Below are positions 41,231-53,485 of a DNA stretch of 64,000 nucleotides, one piece after another. The translations under genes were made by a program, and so were the position numbers. The DNA comes from Camelus ferus. Taxonomy: Eukaryota. The notes beneath the pieces are model-generated. The model was not told the origin of the DNA and made no database searches. It saw nothing but the letters and a program-made list of their open reading frames with translations. Within the stretch, counting starts at the first letter, position 1, and each line of letters begins with the position of its first letter. Location: NCBI RefSeq assembly GCF_009834535.1, contig NC_045697.1, forward strand, positions 73,286,001 through 73,350,000. The letters are read 5' to 3'.

Positions 41231-42714
41231 CAGAAAATGTATCTTTTGCTAAAATACAAACAAATCTGAAAAATTTTTACATAAAGTACGTAATTTTGTT
41301 GCTTTGCATCACCATGTTCCTGCTTGCACTGCCGAGTCTGTCTCGCTGCTTTTTCTTTCTTTGCCTGACTGGACTTGTTCATCTTCTGTGACTCAGCCTG
41401 GTCATAGCTGCCTTCAAGACTTGTTGGGAAAAACTAAAGTTATCTGCTCTGTGCTACCAAGTAAACCCATGCATAATTCCATCAGTTCTTTTTTTTATTA
41501 TTATTATTAATTCCATGTCCAGTAAAGTTCTCATGGCTACCACATGTCAGGTTCTGTGCTAGGTATATGTGTCATTTAAATGGCTTATTTTAAGAATTTC
41601 TATCCTTGATGCTCAGCCTTAGTCAATTTTGCATCTCCCGAGTCTGATAAAATGGCTGGCACATCGTGTGCTTAATATTTTTTAACCGAAATAAAGATGA
41701 GTAAGTTGTATCTAGTTACAGAAATATTAATGACTCACAGCAACACCCAAGCCTGTTCAGAAAAACCAAGAAAAGGTACATAAAGATTCATGTAGAGCTG
41801 GAAACCTGTAAATGCTATACAGTAATATAGCCAGCTTCTTTTAATTTGCATAATTATGTTCAACAATTTTAAGTACTTCTATATGTCAGGCCCTATGTTG
41901 GGTCCTGAAGAGAACAGAGATATAAAAAATGAATAGGGCTTATTCCCAGCTCACAAGGGGCATGGAGTCTAGAGAGGAAAGTAGAGTGTGTACCAGGCCA
42001 TTGAAAATGCCTACGGTAATGACGGCATTAATACAGTTGGAAGGAGATGCTCTTTAGACTGGGGCGACTGAACGGTGCTTCCAGGAGGGGGGCATCCAAA
42101 CTGCAACTCAAAGACGCACCTTTTTAACTGGTAGCAAAAAGGAATTTCAGGAACAAAGAAGAGCCTGAACAGAAACATTGCAGAGGAATAATATTTTGAG
42201 ATATTAACTAAGATTTGCCTCTTGTAATGTATTTCCTTTTACTCTTTGCCCTGTATTCTTCCCCTCATCTTAGGGGAAAGATAGGATATCACAATATAGA
42301 AAGGAAAACCTTTTGATTTTCAAAAACTAAAGCTCTTAAATCTCCAAAGGCAAGGCTTTTGCAGTGAAAGAAACCAAGTCCTGAACCATTCAAGGGATAA
42401 AGTTTATGCCGTAAACAAGGAATAAAGAACCAGACCTCCCCACTCAGACTACATAAAGATTCCACAGACTGAGGAAAATGGAAGATAACCCAGGAGGAAG
42501 CCAGAGCTTAGACGTTGTCAGATTCCTGAAAAGGACCCTGTACTCTGCCCTACCTTAACTTTGGAAGGTATAATTAAACCCTTAGAATTGAGATACCCAA
42601 AACAGGATGGGACAGATTCGAACCCCAAAATAAGAACAATAGGAACCAGCCTTGAGCAAGCACTTAGTAGGGCCAGGCATGAAGGATTCTTACCAAATTT
42701 CGAGTCACAACCAG

Positions 42715-43220
42715 ATTCTGAGGGATTGACCACTACAGTATCCCCACTGTATAGACGGAACAGCCAGGTCACAGAGAGGTTAAATAACTTACCCAGAGGC
42801 ATGCCATTAGAAATGGTAGAGTTGGTATTTGAATCCCAGTAGATGGATTCCAAGTAGTGCCCATAAACATTTCATGTTGTCTAAGGAAGGCATACTGTGC
42901 TACCGAAGATTTAGTTTCTAACACCACCTAGACTTAGGGATCAACAAGAAAACAAGTTCAGTTGTAGAAAAAGAAAGTTACGTTCTTTTGCATGGCTGAA
43001 CTGTGGACGTCATCACCATGGTAATGATAGCTTTTACCTGAATGATCCTGTTTAATTCTCCCAGTGGCTCTATGAGTGCAACTATTATTATCAATTTAAA
43101 TATGAAAAAGTGGGAAATCATATATATTAACTTGGCCAAGGTGCCATAGTTAGGAGGTGGCCCAGTAGTACTTGAACTCAGGCAACCTGACTCCCAAATC
43201 CATGTTCCCACCTTCTAGGC
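42715..43220 (-). mobile_element. Two MIR fragments (~42715-42865 and ~43020-43220)
   Basis: cacagagaggttaaataacttacccagagg...tttgaatcccag; aacttggccaaggtgccatagttagg...ttgaactcaggcaacctgactccc. Confidence 0.7.
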
Positions 43221-43245
43221 CAGCCTTTCTTAACAAATGGCAACT

Positions 43246-44575
43246 GTGGTGTCCATGCAAATGCACTGCTTACATGTACCACGGGGAACGTGACTGACTG
43301 ATGCCCCAACATGACTACTGTTCCTTTAGGTCCACCTGTGCATTCGTTCTAATGCTACACTTTTTACCAGTTGCTCCATCCACTGACTGAACATGCCAAG
43401 GCCACTTATGGGACTCCTTCAATGGGGATTTTGGCTCAAGGACTCCTGCTGGCCTAACCAGATCTCCACGGGAACTATGCAGCAGTTCGAGCCTCTACCT
43501 GATTCCCCTTCCTTGCCTCTCTCCTGCCACAGCTGTCAAACCTGTATCATGCTCTGAATCTTGCCCTCAGCTTCTGCTGCTTCTTCCCCCAGTCAGTCTT
43601 TTGCACGTTGAACCCACTTTGGGCATCTGCTTCTCTGTGAACCCACAACTCATGCACGTGGTCCTAAGAGTGGTCTGAGAAAACAAGCGGGCAGATGGGG
43701 ATTTGGTTATGTCTCACTGACCACCCATTCCAGGTGGGAGGGGGGTGACAGTAAACCCCCAGCACAAGGCCCAATTGCTAAAGATTTCACTGTGGGTGAT
43801 GATTTGCCAATCAGGTATAATCATTCAGACATTTTAAATAGGGTGGAGTTGGCTGGTTACTGCTAAACTGTATTGATATTGACCCCCTACAGGACTGAGA
43901 CACCGAGGGCCACTGTAAGTGGTTAATAAATATCAGAGTGAGAGGGACTCTGTGTAGCCCTCCAAAGAGCCCTCGTCCCCTAGAGCGGGCGAGCAGCACC
44001 GCTGAGCAGCCCAGCCAAAGACCTGAGAAATCAGAGGCCTCAGAATGCTCAGAGGAGGGAGACCTGTCACTCTACACTTAAGGCCCTGTTTGGGAAAACC
44101 TGGGATCTTGAAATATCGGATGGGGACATGTGGACAGATGCCCCCGAGGCAGTTGGCTCTGCACGAAGCCTGCAGAACTGGCAGAGGTGGCCTACAGCTT
44201 CATGCCATGTTAGAAGATGCTGCAGAGGCCACTACTCCGATTGGTACAGGTGTCCCCTAAAGGGCCTATTGCATCTCCTCTCCTGGCTTTCAGGATCATC
44301 ACTAAAGTTAAATCTCAGGATTACCCAGCTGGGTGTTGCTGGGCTTGACAAGGAAGAACGAAGACTATATTTGAATGTTCTTGTAAGAATTAGCTAGTTC
44401 GTATTCAATAAGAGCCTGGAAAGTAACCCTGATAAGCATTTAGAAATTAGTTAATCCAGAGGGCCAGGAGGTAAGAATGGATAAGGAAGAATTCACTGAC
44501 TTGGAGGGAAAGGCACTTTCTCCAGATTTCACATCCTGACAGAGGCCCTCAGGGAGTGGGCAGATACGCTGCTCA
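43246..44575 (+). mobile_element. ERVL relic: LTR16-like 5' LTR (~43246-43655) followed by ERV3-16A3/HERV16-like internal sequence
   Basis: gtggtcctaagagtggtctgagaaaacaag...gatggggatttgg resembles the ERVL internal start; gaatggataaggaagaattcactgacttgg resembles an ERVL gag-region remnant. Confidence 0.7.
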
Positions 44576-47500
44576 CGTGCATCAGCCTAAGCAGATCTTT
44601 CTTGAAACTGTGCTACAGGCCAGCAATCATCCTACCCAACTTCAGTCCTGCACTCTCTTTACACAGGAGTCACGCAACCTTTGCATTTTAAAGGGTCTCC
44701 CTGTCTTCTCCTGATCCTTCCTATAATCAATTTCTTGCACCTCAAATCCTGCCTTATTGTCTGCTTCTAGATGAACCTATACTAATGCAGAAAGTAAACA
44801 AAGCAAGCCAGCCAGAGGTTCTATAGGAGCAAAACTAGGGAATGAGGCTGAAAATTAAGGTCTGGAGCTGATTATGTACCTAAAAGCCAGGCAGAGAAAT
44901 CATGTCTTTACCCCTCAGTGAGGTATTTTGGTGAGAAAACTGGTGATTTACAGCAAGTATTCAACATAAACAAAGGTTGTCATGAGTATAATAACTGGAG
45001 AGTCAGGATGAGGGAAAAAAGGGATTAGGAATCAAACATCTGAAAGTCATTTAAATTTTTAAAAAACTTGAGGTGATGCACATACCATTTGTGTGGATAT
45101 GTGATAGAGTTATAGTAAAATGATTGACTAACTAACGGCAAATAATAGGAGGTCAGTAAGTCCAATTTGCATTTTGCCTTGGAGCAGTTCCAGAAACCCC
45201 AAGGCCCAGTGGGAGGCTCTTTCATTCACCCTTAGCAATGCTGGGGTGAAGTAAGAGATGGGACAAGCATCCATTTAAGAAAGTGTTACCTGATTATATA
45301 TGAAAAGTGAATACATTTACAAACGAATTATTTCATTTCCAAATGAATCGTCACCCTTGTTGATTTCTGATGAAAAATCATTAAGTAATAATTATGAAGG
45401 AATTGTTTGTCACTGGATGAAAGAGTGATTCCAGTGAAGGCAGGGTAGGAGGAAGACCTCAAAAGAGTAGGCTTCTTTCAAAGTTGCTACTTTTTTTAAG
45501 TTCTTATTTTTTCCAGTACTTTCCATTTTTTGAAATGTGTTCTTGCATAGAAAACAGAAAATAATGCACAGGGATATCGATCATTCCTTTAAAAACACAA
45601 AGTGAACTAAAATTAATGTCAGTCTGATACTGACATCATATGTAAAATGAGGCTTATTAAACTGTATGTTTGGTGTCCACTTTAACTGTAGACTTGTTTT
45701 AGTGGAAGCCTTTGACAAATTCAATATTTTATGTAACCACAAAAGTTTGTGAGCTATTTGTGACATTGATGCTAAGTAGCTACCTTTTCAGGAGTGAACA
45801 GAGCACTGGGTCCCCTTAGTTGACTTCCTTACCCTAAAGGAGAGAGCTGCAAATAAGTAATTGGATAATCACATGCAAAATATTGTAGAAAAATAAAAGT
45901 AGCGGGAACTATATTTGAATTACTCAATATCAAACTACATAAGAATGCTTTATGTCAGCTATCAGTTAGGCTTTTACACATGTGAATTCATCAATGTTAC
46001 CAATGTCGTAAACACAAATGTCTTGCTTCTAGGATGAGTACCATGTCTTTTTAAAAAATCAGTGTTAATATGCATGGGTGTATATTCTCCTAATGTCTCA
46101 GGAATGATAAATAATTTAAAAATTCATAAATATGGATATAGATTCATTATTAAGTCTAACCATTTATTTTAAATAAGATATTCCCATAAGATTAAAAACA
46201 TTGATTGTCATAAATTAAAGTTCCTATAAGCATATTTAAACGTCACACTTCTTAGATTTCACAGCAGTGTCCCTGGATCAGAATTTTCATGTTGATATCT
46301 GTAATAGAGATCTATTTTAATCCGAAAAAATTGTCTCTTACTATTCAAAAATAAAGAGAATCCTAATTCAGGATTTTTCAAATTTTTTTCTGTCTCAGAA
46401 TTGCCTATTTTAGGTGTTTTATTTTTATACATAGATAATTTAATCTGGTTTGGCTTGGCATGGATCCTGTACTCATCCCTGAATCACTGGGCCGTACATT
46501 TATTAATCAAAATGGGCGTGTGTGCCTGCCCTGCTCAACACTAGGGGTGTGAAGTCAGTCCACCTGCACCACAGGGACCGACAGGCGAGGAGGATCTCTC
46601 TCTTGTCGGCAACAAATAGAGCGTGGGTTTTAACCCTCAGGATACTGCCTTGTTTCTCTAACAGCATCACAGTCCCCGGGTACTTACTTCTTCCTTCTCC
46701 AGCTAAGTGAGTTCAGTTCGGGCAATGATGGGCGTTTCCACTTCCCTGCGCAGCGGACAGTTACCGCGTTGCCCACACGACATCTACGCCCCCTTATTGT
46801 GCTTTCTGACTCCACTTTTCCTCATACAAGGATCCTCCTCTCCTCTCCGTAGCATTGAGAGCGGTGTAATTTCTAGCTCTGTATTCCCAAGTGGAAACTG
46901 GAAGTCCTGTATACGGGGCTCAGGCTTTCCATTTCAATAGGGAACAAATATATTAAGCGGTCACTACCGCCCATGGTTCAGCTTAAATTGTGCCCACTTT
47001 GTCTTCGTAGCAATGTTGTTATAATCATTTAAGTATTTTATTACAGATAGTTTGTTTGATAAAATAAAAGCATCAAATGGGAAATACGACTTTGCTTTTC
47101 CTAAGAATAACAAATAAGAATTTTCTCATGAGCAGAAAGTAACTGAGTCCAAGATGAAAAACGTTAAGTGTGCTGAAACTAGTAAGCCTTTGGCTTCAGT
47201 CATACTCATTGGGCCGAATCCAGAGAAATGTAGGTTCAACGATGAGGCAGCGAACACAACTGAAGAATCTGTGTGAAATGCACGTTAAAGTTGGTGGTCA
47301 AAGTCTTGTTTGTATTTCAAGATTTTGTGATTGTGTCTTAGTTCTCTGAAACAAATTCCTCTCATGTAAAATCCTATGGCTAATCTACTACACAATCAAC
47401 CTTTGTACACATTTCTATAGAGTAATGGGGTAACTATAAGGAATGGAATTTTGCTGGTAAGTCTATCAAACTCACTGTAAATTATCTTCTTTATCCCAGA

Positions 47501-48089
47501 AGCACTGATGTGCTCCTGGAGATCCAATCAGAGACATAATGGTATTGTGTGCACCTGTGTGTTGTGTGTGTGTTTACGCATATACAGGACTAATTAATAG
47601 AAATGGATCCTTCAAGTTAACCAAATAGAGTTATCATACAATTATACAGAAATTAATTATCCTATTAGAATTCCAGTGAAGATGTTTCTCTGCCTTCTCC
47701 CTCCTGCTGCTTCCTTGCCCATTAACCCTTTAATAAAACATAACGTGGTAGACATTTATCATCATTTCCTTGTCCTCCATTCTTCCCTCCTCTCTCCCTC
47801 CCTTCCTTCCGTCCTTTATCCCTCCATTTCTCTTTCTTATGCTCTCTCTTTCTTTCCTATCACCCTCTTCAGTCCTTCCTTGCTTCTTTTCCTTCCTTTC
47901 ATTTTTCTTCCTGCCCAGTATCAATTTTCTTTTTGCTTCTGTCATACCCCAGGTCTCCCCGGAGCCTACTCTTCTTTCATTCTCAGTAAATGTGGGAGGG
48001 AGAGGCTTATGTTCCCCCAGATCTTAAGGAAAGGCTAAGATTAAAGAAAATTTTGCATATTGTATTTGCATGAGATAAATGAAAACTTC

Positions 48090-48455
48090 CCTCTTTACAG
48101 TGACAAGCTAAGTGTTGGGCACATCATCACATTTAGGCCAACTGGATCCACCAAGAACTAATTCTGGGAGTTTTGCTGAACTTGTCAGGAAAGAACATTT
48201 TTCCCTGTACAAGAATTCCTAGCAATGGAAAATAAATGTTTAAAGGTGCTTGTGGCCACAACATGAACAAATAAGGCCGCAGAATAAAGCCAACTGAGAG
48301 TACTACAGAGGCAGAGAGAAACATAAAATAGTGTTAGCCTTGCTTTCGTCTTTCCTCAGGACTCAGTTATCTGAAATAACAAATTCGTTTTGTTGTTTAA
48401 GCCATTGTGAAGAGTTACACCTGTTACCTTCTTTAAGGTGTGAATGACTAACTGA
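48090..48455 (+). mobile_element. Ancient MaLR LTR (MLT1-like)
   Basis: cagttatctgaaataacaaattcgttttgttgtttaagcca...ctgttacc resembles an MLT1 3' end. Confidence 0.5.
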
Positions 48456-50879
48456 AAGTAAAAAATTTTGAACAGACCGATTTTCATCAAAACCAATTCT
48501 TCATTTACTCTTCCAGAAAACAAGAAGGCTAATTCTGCTGAATTTAATCATCTGATTTGTGGTTCCAGCTTAGCAACTCAAGAAAAGCCTGAGGAAGTTG
48601 GGAATACAGTTATGAAGATATGAGTACATTAGATTTTTTTTTTCAATGTTATTTATTTTTTCATCCTTTCCCTCTACAACTTTGCAGTAAATTGTAATTT
48701 GACTGTGAACATAAAGTAAGGAGTGACACACTTGACTTCCTTTTAAATGCTTTAGGGCTTCTAGTGAAATGCCATTTTCAAACTATAACCCATCATTTAA
48801 AAACCTATTTACTCACTAGTCTCTGTATAAAGCAGTAAGTAGCCTATTAAATTAAGCTCACCTAGAAGTCATTTTTTACTTACTTCTCGTTTTAAAAGTA
48901 AGTAGATGAGACAGTCACTTGCAATACAAGTATCAAAATGATCAAAAAGGGCTATTCAGAGTTACTCCAATGGCAGTGAATAGCCTCACCGTGTTAAAGT
49001 TCACAAAGTAAGACATGTCAACTTTGTGTCGTGAACAAAATGCAAATTTATTGTCCAATTACAATTGATATTTTAGAGTTTACTATTGGTGGCAGCTGTA
49101 GGGACAATTAAAGAATTCTAATTAAAGCTACTTGAAGCAAACACAGTCTATGCCAGATTCCTCCATTTAATGCAGTTTCTATCTTTTAAAGACGGAAAAG
49201 GATCAACACTCATTTTTAATCTGAATCAGGAACAGGTTTATTTACCTATTACATGCTACTTCCACTAATGGCAGAAGGAATGCATACATAGATTATGTAA
49301 TGGGGGATATAAATGTACAACATTGGCAGCGTGTGTGATGATTACCGACAAGAATTAATCAGCATTCCTCATGCCATACACAATGCAGTTAGAATAGAAA
49401 CAGCAAATCTGTTCAAGTAATGCAAACAAGCTGCATGAAAGGCTAAACAAGTAAAAGTGTATCATCAGCCATGACTCAAATTACATCTTTAAACTGTGTG
49501 CCAGCTTCCTTTAAATTAGCCATCTAAGAACTCGGTCTCTGACAGACGTTATAAACTGGAAAGTACTATATCTTCTCAGGGTTGCAATTTTGCTATGGTG
49601 GGGAATGCATTTAATAATCCAGAGTGTAAATTACCCCTTACTTGTTGCAACAGAGTGCAGTGGACTCTTACGTGGGGTTTCTTTTCAGTGATGAATCTAT
49701 TGATGAACCCCAGTTCTATGGCCATCCATGGGGAAAAGTTCCCAAAAAATGTGTATATGATAGTTTTATTGCAAAATTCTTTTCAACTCTTTTTTTTTTT
49801 TTCATTCTCATACATTGCATAAGATTCTCAATGTTGTCTACCAACTGTGAAATCAAGTATTTCAGCTTTTGTTGTAGTCATTGCTTGCTTGTTTTCTTAT
49901 TCTGGGTATATTGAGGGTCCTCTAGACTTTAATGAGCTGAAATAATTACCATTCAGTTCTTTCAGATTTGGAACCGCTCGTAGGTTAGTCCTCAGAATTC
50001 TGGTGGTAAGTATTCAATGGGGAATGTGTGGTATGTAGAGGTTTCTGCCAAATGGTAGGTTTGAAGCTGAAACTGTGGTCTAAAGAAATTCTGGTACAAA
50101 ATCCTTTCTCTTGCATACAAATATAAAGCAACGCTTCTCTCAGTTAATAATGCATTTTGGTTATTAATGAAAATGGGCATAACTAACTCTGTAAAGAATC
50201 AAGGATAAGGAACAAAAACAATAAATATTAAGAAATTTACCCTCTCGTATTTTTATAGTCTCGAGCCAACTTCTTCCTTGTGAAGTTGTCCTTGTGAAGG
50301 ACAGTTTAGGCAAATCTGAAAACCTTATTATTCCTTTCTCATGCCTGGGAGTCAACCAAACTTAATCTCAATTCTTAACTTGTAGTTTTGACATCTATCC
50401 ACATTCTGATCAAACATTTTGGTTCCCGGAGATGTTAAATAAGAGAGAATGATTTTATCTCCTTTGATGGAATTGCCAACGAAGAATACAAAAACAGACA
50501 GATAAATTATATTATACCAAATACAGAATTATGCTTAACTTTTTTAGTGCACTAATTCTGGTTTGCATCAAACTTTGAACTTAATGTGTTTAAATTTGTG
50601 TTAGGAGAAAAGATTGTCACATGCAATTATTGCATTGGAATATATGTGTATAAATGTGAACTTTTGCATGCAGTGGAGAGGGTCAGTCACTTGTGGATGA
50701 AGGGTAAAGATTGGAGTATCTAAAGGTCAAAAGAACCTGGGTCACAGAAGAGAGGGGAAAAATGGTAGAATTCACCTGTAGAATTTCTGCATGGGTTTCA
50801 ATTTTCTCTCTACCTTGCCAGTATGAGAGATGGGTGCTAATCAAATAATAATTTCACCTCTGCTAGATGAAAGTACAAC

Positions 50880-52040
50880 TGTTGTAGGTGATCCCAGATC
50901 TCAGTCCTTGCCCTTGCCCTCCTTTATCTATCTACACTCACTCCTTTGATAATCTCATCCAGGCTCATTATTTTAAACACCATCTATACCTCCAGCCTAT
51001 AAATCTACCTTAAACTCCAAGCCCACATATTCAACTGCATGCTTGACATCTTTACTTGATGGTCTGAGAAGCAGCTCAAACTTAGTACCTCTAAACCCAA
51101 AATTCAGTCTTCCCTTTCTCAGTTAAGGGAAGGGCAACTTCACTTTTCCAGTTATTCACATCAAAAACGCTGGAGTCATTATTAATTCTTCTCTTTCTTA
51201 CATACCTAAAGCCCGACCTGTCCACAAATTCTATTTCCTTTATTTCCAACTATATGGTTAATTCAGCCCCTTTTTTACAACGTGCACTGAACTCTGATTC
51301 CACCATCTCCTCTCACTTGGATTATGTCAATGGTCTCTCCCCAGATTGGTATCCCTTCCTCCAATCTTGACCTTCAGTCATCTATTCTCAACATGGTAGC
51401 CAAAGTCACCTTTTTATAATATAAGCTGGATCATGTCTCCCTCTAATCAAACCCTCCACATATTTCCTTTCTCACTCTGAATAAAGTCAGAGTCCCAAAT
51501 ATGGCACTACACAACCTTGTCCCTCTTTCTTCTCTAGCCACACTGCCCACTATCCTCTCTTACCCATTGCATTGCAGACACATTGGGTTCCTTGCTGGTC
51601 CTTGAAAACTCCAGATCCATTCTTGTCACAAGGTCTTTGTACTTGCTATTCCCTTTGTCATATAGGCTCTTCCCAAGATCTCCACAGGACCTACTTACTT
51701 ACTTACTTAATTGCTTGCTTCCTTCAGGCCATACCTCAAACATACCTTCTCTGTTAGCCTTACCCAATTACCCATTTAAAATTCCAACTCTCTTCCTCAT
51801 CCTGTCACCCCACTTGGCATTTCTAATCTCATTTTCCCTCCTTAATTAGACCCACAATATATATTATCAAGTGACATTTCTATTTACTTACTTCTCTATT
51901 TGTTTGTGATCTTTTTCTTTCCACCAGAATGTGAACTCCATGAGAGCAGGGATTTTTGTCTTATTTGCTTACAAATAAATTCTGGATGAGTGAAGTGCAC
52001 AGGGTAAATGTGTAATATCTATTTATTGAATGAGTTAATT
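50880..52040 (+). mobile_element. LINE-2 3' fragment (~1.1 kb)
   Basis: ttcaactgcatgcttgacatct...gaatgtgaactccatgagagcagggattttg...atttattgaatgagt L2 3' end. Confidence 0.85.
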
Positions 52041-52059
52041 CATTGATAATTGCTATGCA

Positions 52060-52435
52060 GAGGTACAAGTTACTTTGAGAGCCTGTAATAGGTGAATTTG
52101 ACATAATCTTAAAAGTTGGGTAGAAGTTCCCTTAAAAAATGAAGCATCATCTAGGTTCTAAAGAACAAAGAGGCATTACCCAGGAAAACAGAGAAGGAAA
52201 GAAGATTCTAGGTATTAAGAACAAAATGAACAAAATGTCCTGAGGTGAGAGGCAAAACGCAGCTAGCAAGTGGAAGGATTGGAAGAAAGTCTGAGTGGCT
52301 GGAGCACAGAGAAAGGGATGACATGATACATGATGAGACTGTAGGGCTGGACAACAAGATCCTCGCAGACCACATGTAGGATTTTATTCTAAGAGCAATG
52401 GGACATCACTGACAATACGCATGGGGTCACATGAA

Positions 52436-52487
<52 letters not shown>

Positions 52488-52660
52488 CGCGTGCATGCGT
52501 GCGTGTGTTTTAGAAGAACTGCTCCAGCTGCAGCACCGAGAATGTCTCAAGACAGAGAAGAATGAATGGAAGGAGAATACGGTGGCAGCTACTACAGTAG
52601 CCCCCATGAGAAACGACAGCAGCTTGGACGTGGGTTGGGGCATGTCTCAGGTCTTCTGAA
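52060..52660 (-). mobile_element. LINE-2 fragment containing a (GT)n(GC)n microsatellite
   Basis: gtggctggagcacagag...tattctaagagcaatggga L2 motifs. Confidence 0.65.
52438..52508. repeat. (GT)~20(GC)~6 plus mixed alternating purine-pyrimidine tract
   Basis: Seen directly; 71 bp of uninterrupted R/Y alternation. Confidence 0.97.
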
Positions 52661-53389
52661 CCTGCCTCTTTCCCTTATCCCCCTTTCCAGTCGCTTCGGT
52701 TCACTACTTTACCCTCAGGTGTTACATCTCAGGAGTGCGCTTTCTCCTCTCAGCTGGGGGGAATTTGAAATCAAAGAGCTTTACTTAGCCCTCTCCCACA
52801 CTCCCTCCATGACGCCTGCTCCATTCTCCACAAACATTTCCTGCTGTTTTTATTTATTTGTGTATTTATTTCAACCACTTGGTTGAGCTCCATGGGGATG
52901 GTAAATGTGTCAGGAACAATGTTTTATTCATCTTGATACCCCCAGTAGCTGGCACATTGAAGATACACAAAAATACATGTTGAATAAATGAGAAATTAAA
53001 TCAATTGCTGGTTTGCCAACACAAAACATTATTTACAATGTTCTTCTTGCTGCTGCTCTGTAGACACTGTGAATTTGGGTGGGAGGATAAAGGCCTTTTC
53101 CATATGATCAAAGTATATAAGCTACAGATGAAGTCACCTATTAGTATTTGGATGTGCCCTTGAAACTCAGATACACATACATGTCACTAGACAGCTCAAT
53201 AAGATATAAATGCACCTAAAATGCTCAAATTATATGAAGATAAATAATGCACTTGGGGAGCAAACTGTATGCATGATTTTCAAGAGTCCCTTAAATGACT
53301 GCAGGTAAGACACAGGAAACTGAAGTGTTAACTCTTTAAACAGCCCCTAGAAGCCCAAAAGATTCCATGTAGCTTCCCCAAATTCTCAG

Positions 53390-53485
53390 CTTCCCAGAGA
53401 ATAGGCTAAGTATTATAAGATGCTGAGTCATCAAATTCAGTTGCAACTGTACCGTGGTGGCAGGATCTTTTCCACCAAAGATCTT
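53390..53485 (-). repeat. Right arm of the 96-bp long-range inverted repeat (partner at 24271-24366)
   Basis: Reverse complement matches 24271-24366 at 93/96; contains TGCTGAGTCAT at 53421-53431. Confidence 0.97.

Noticed and set aside
52389..52886. ORFs with THTH/VCVC repeats
   Set aside because: They are translations of the (GT)n(GC)n microsatellite and L2 relic
24271..53485. Inverted arms as TIRs of a giant DNA transposon, or as breakpoints of the ancestral TET2/CXXC4 inversion
   Set aside because: No transposase and no shared target-site duplication outside the pair, and the interior is ordinary old mammalian DNA. The arms do not bracket CXXC4 and are too similar for such an ancient event unless homogenised.
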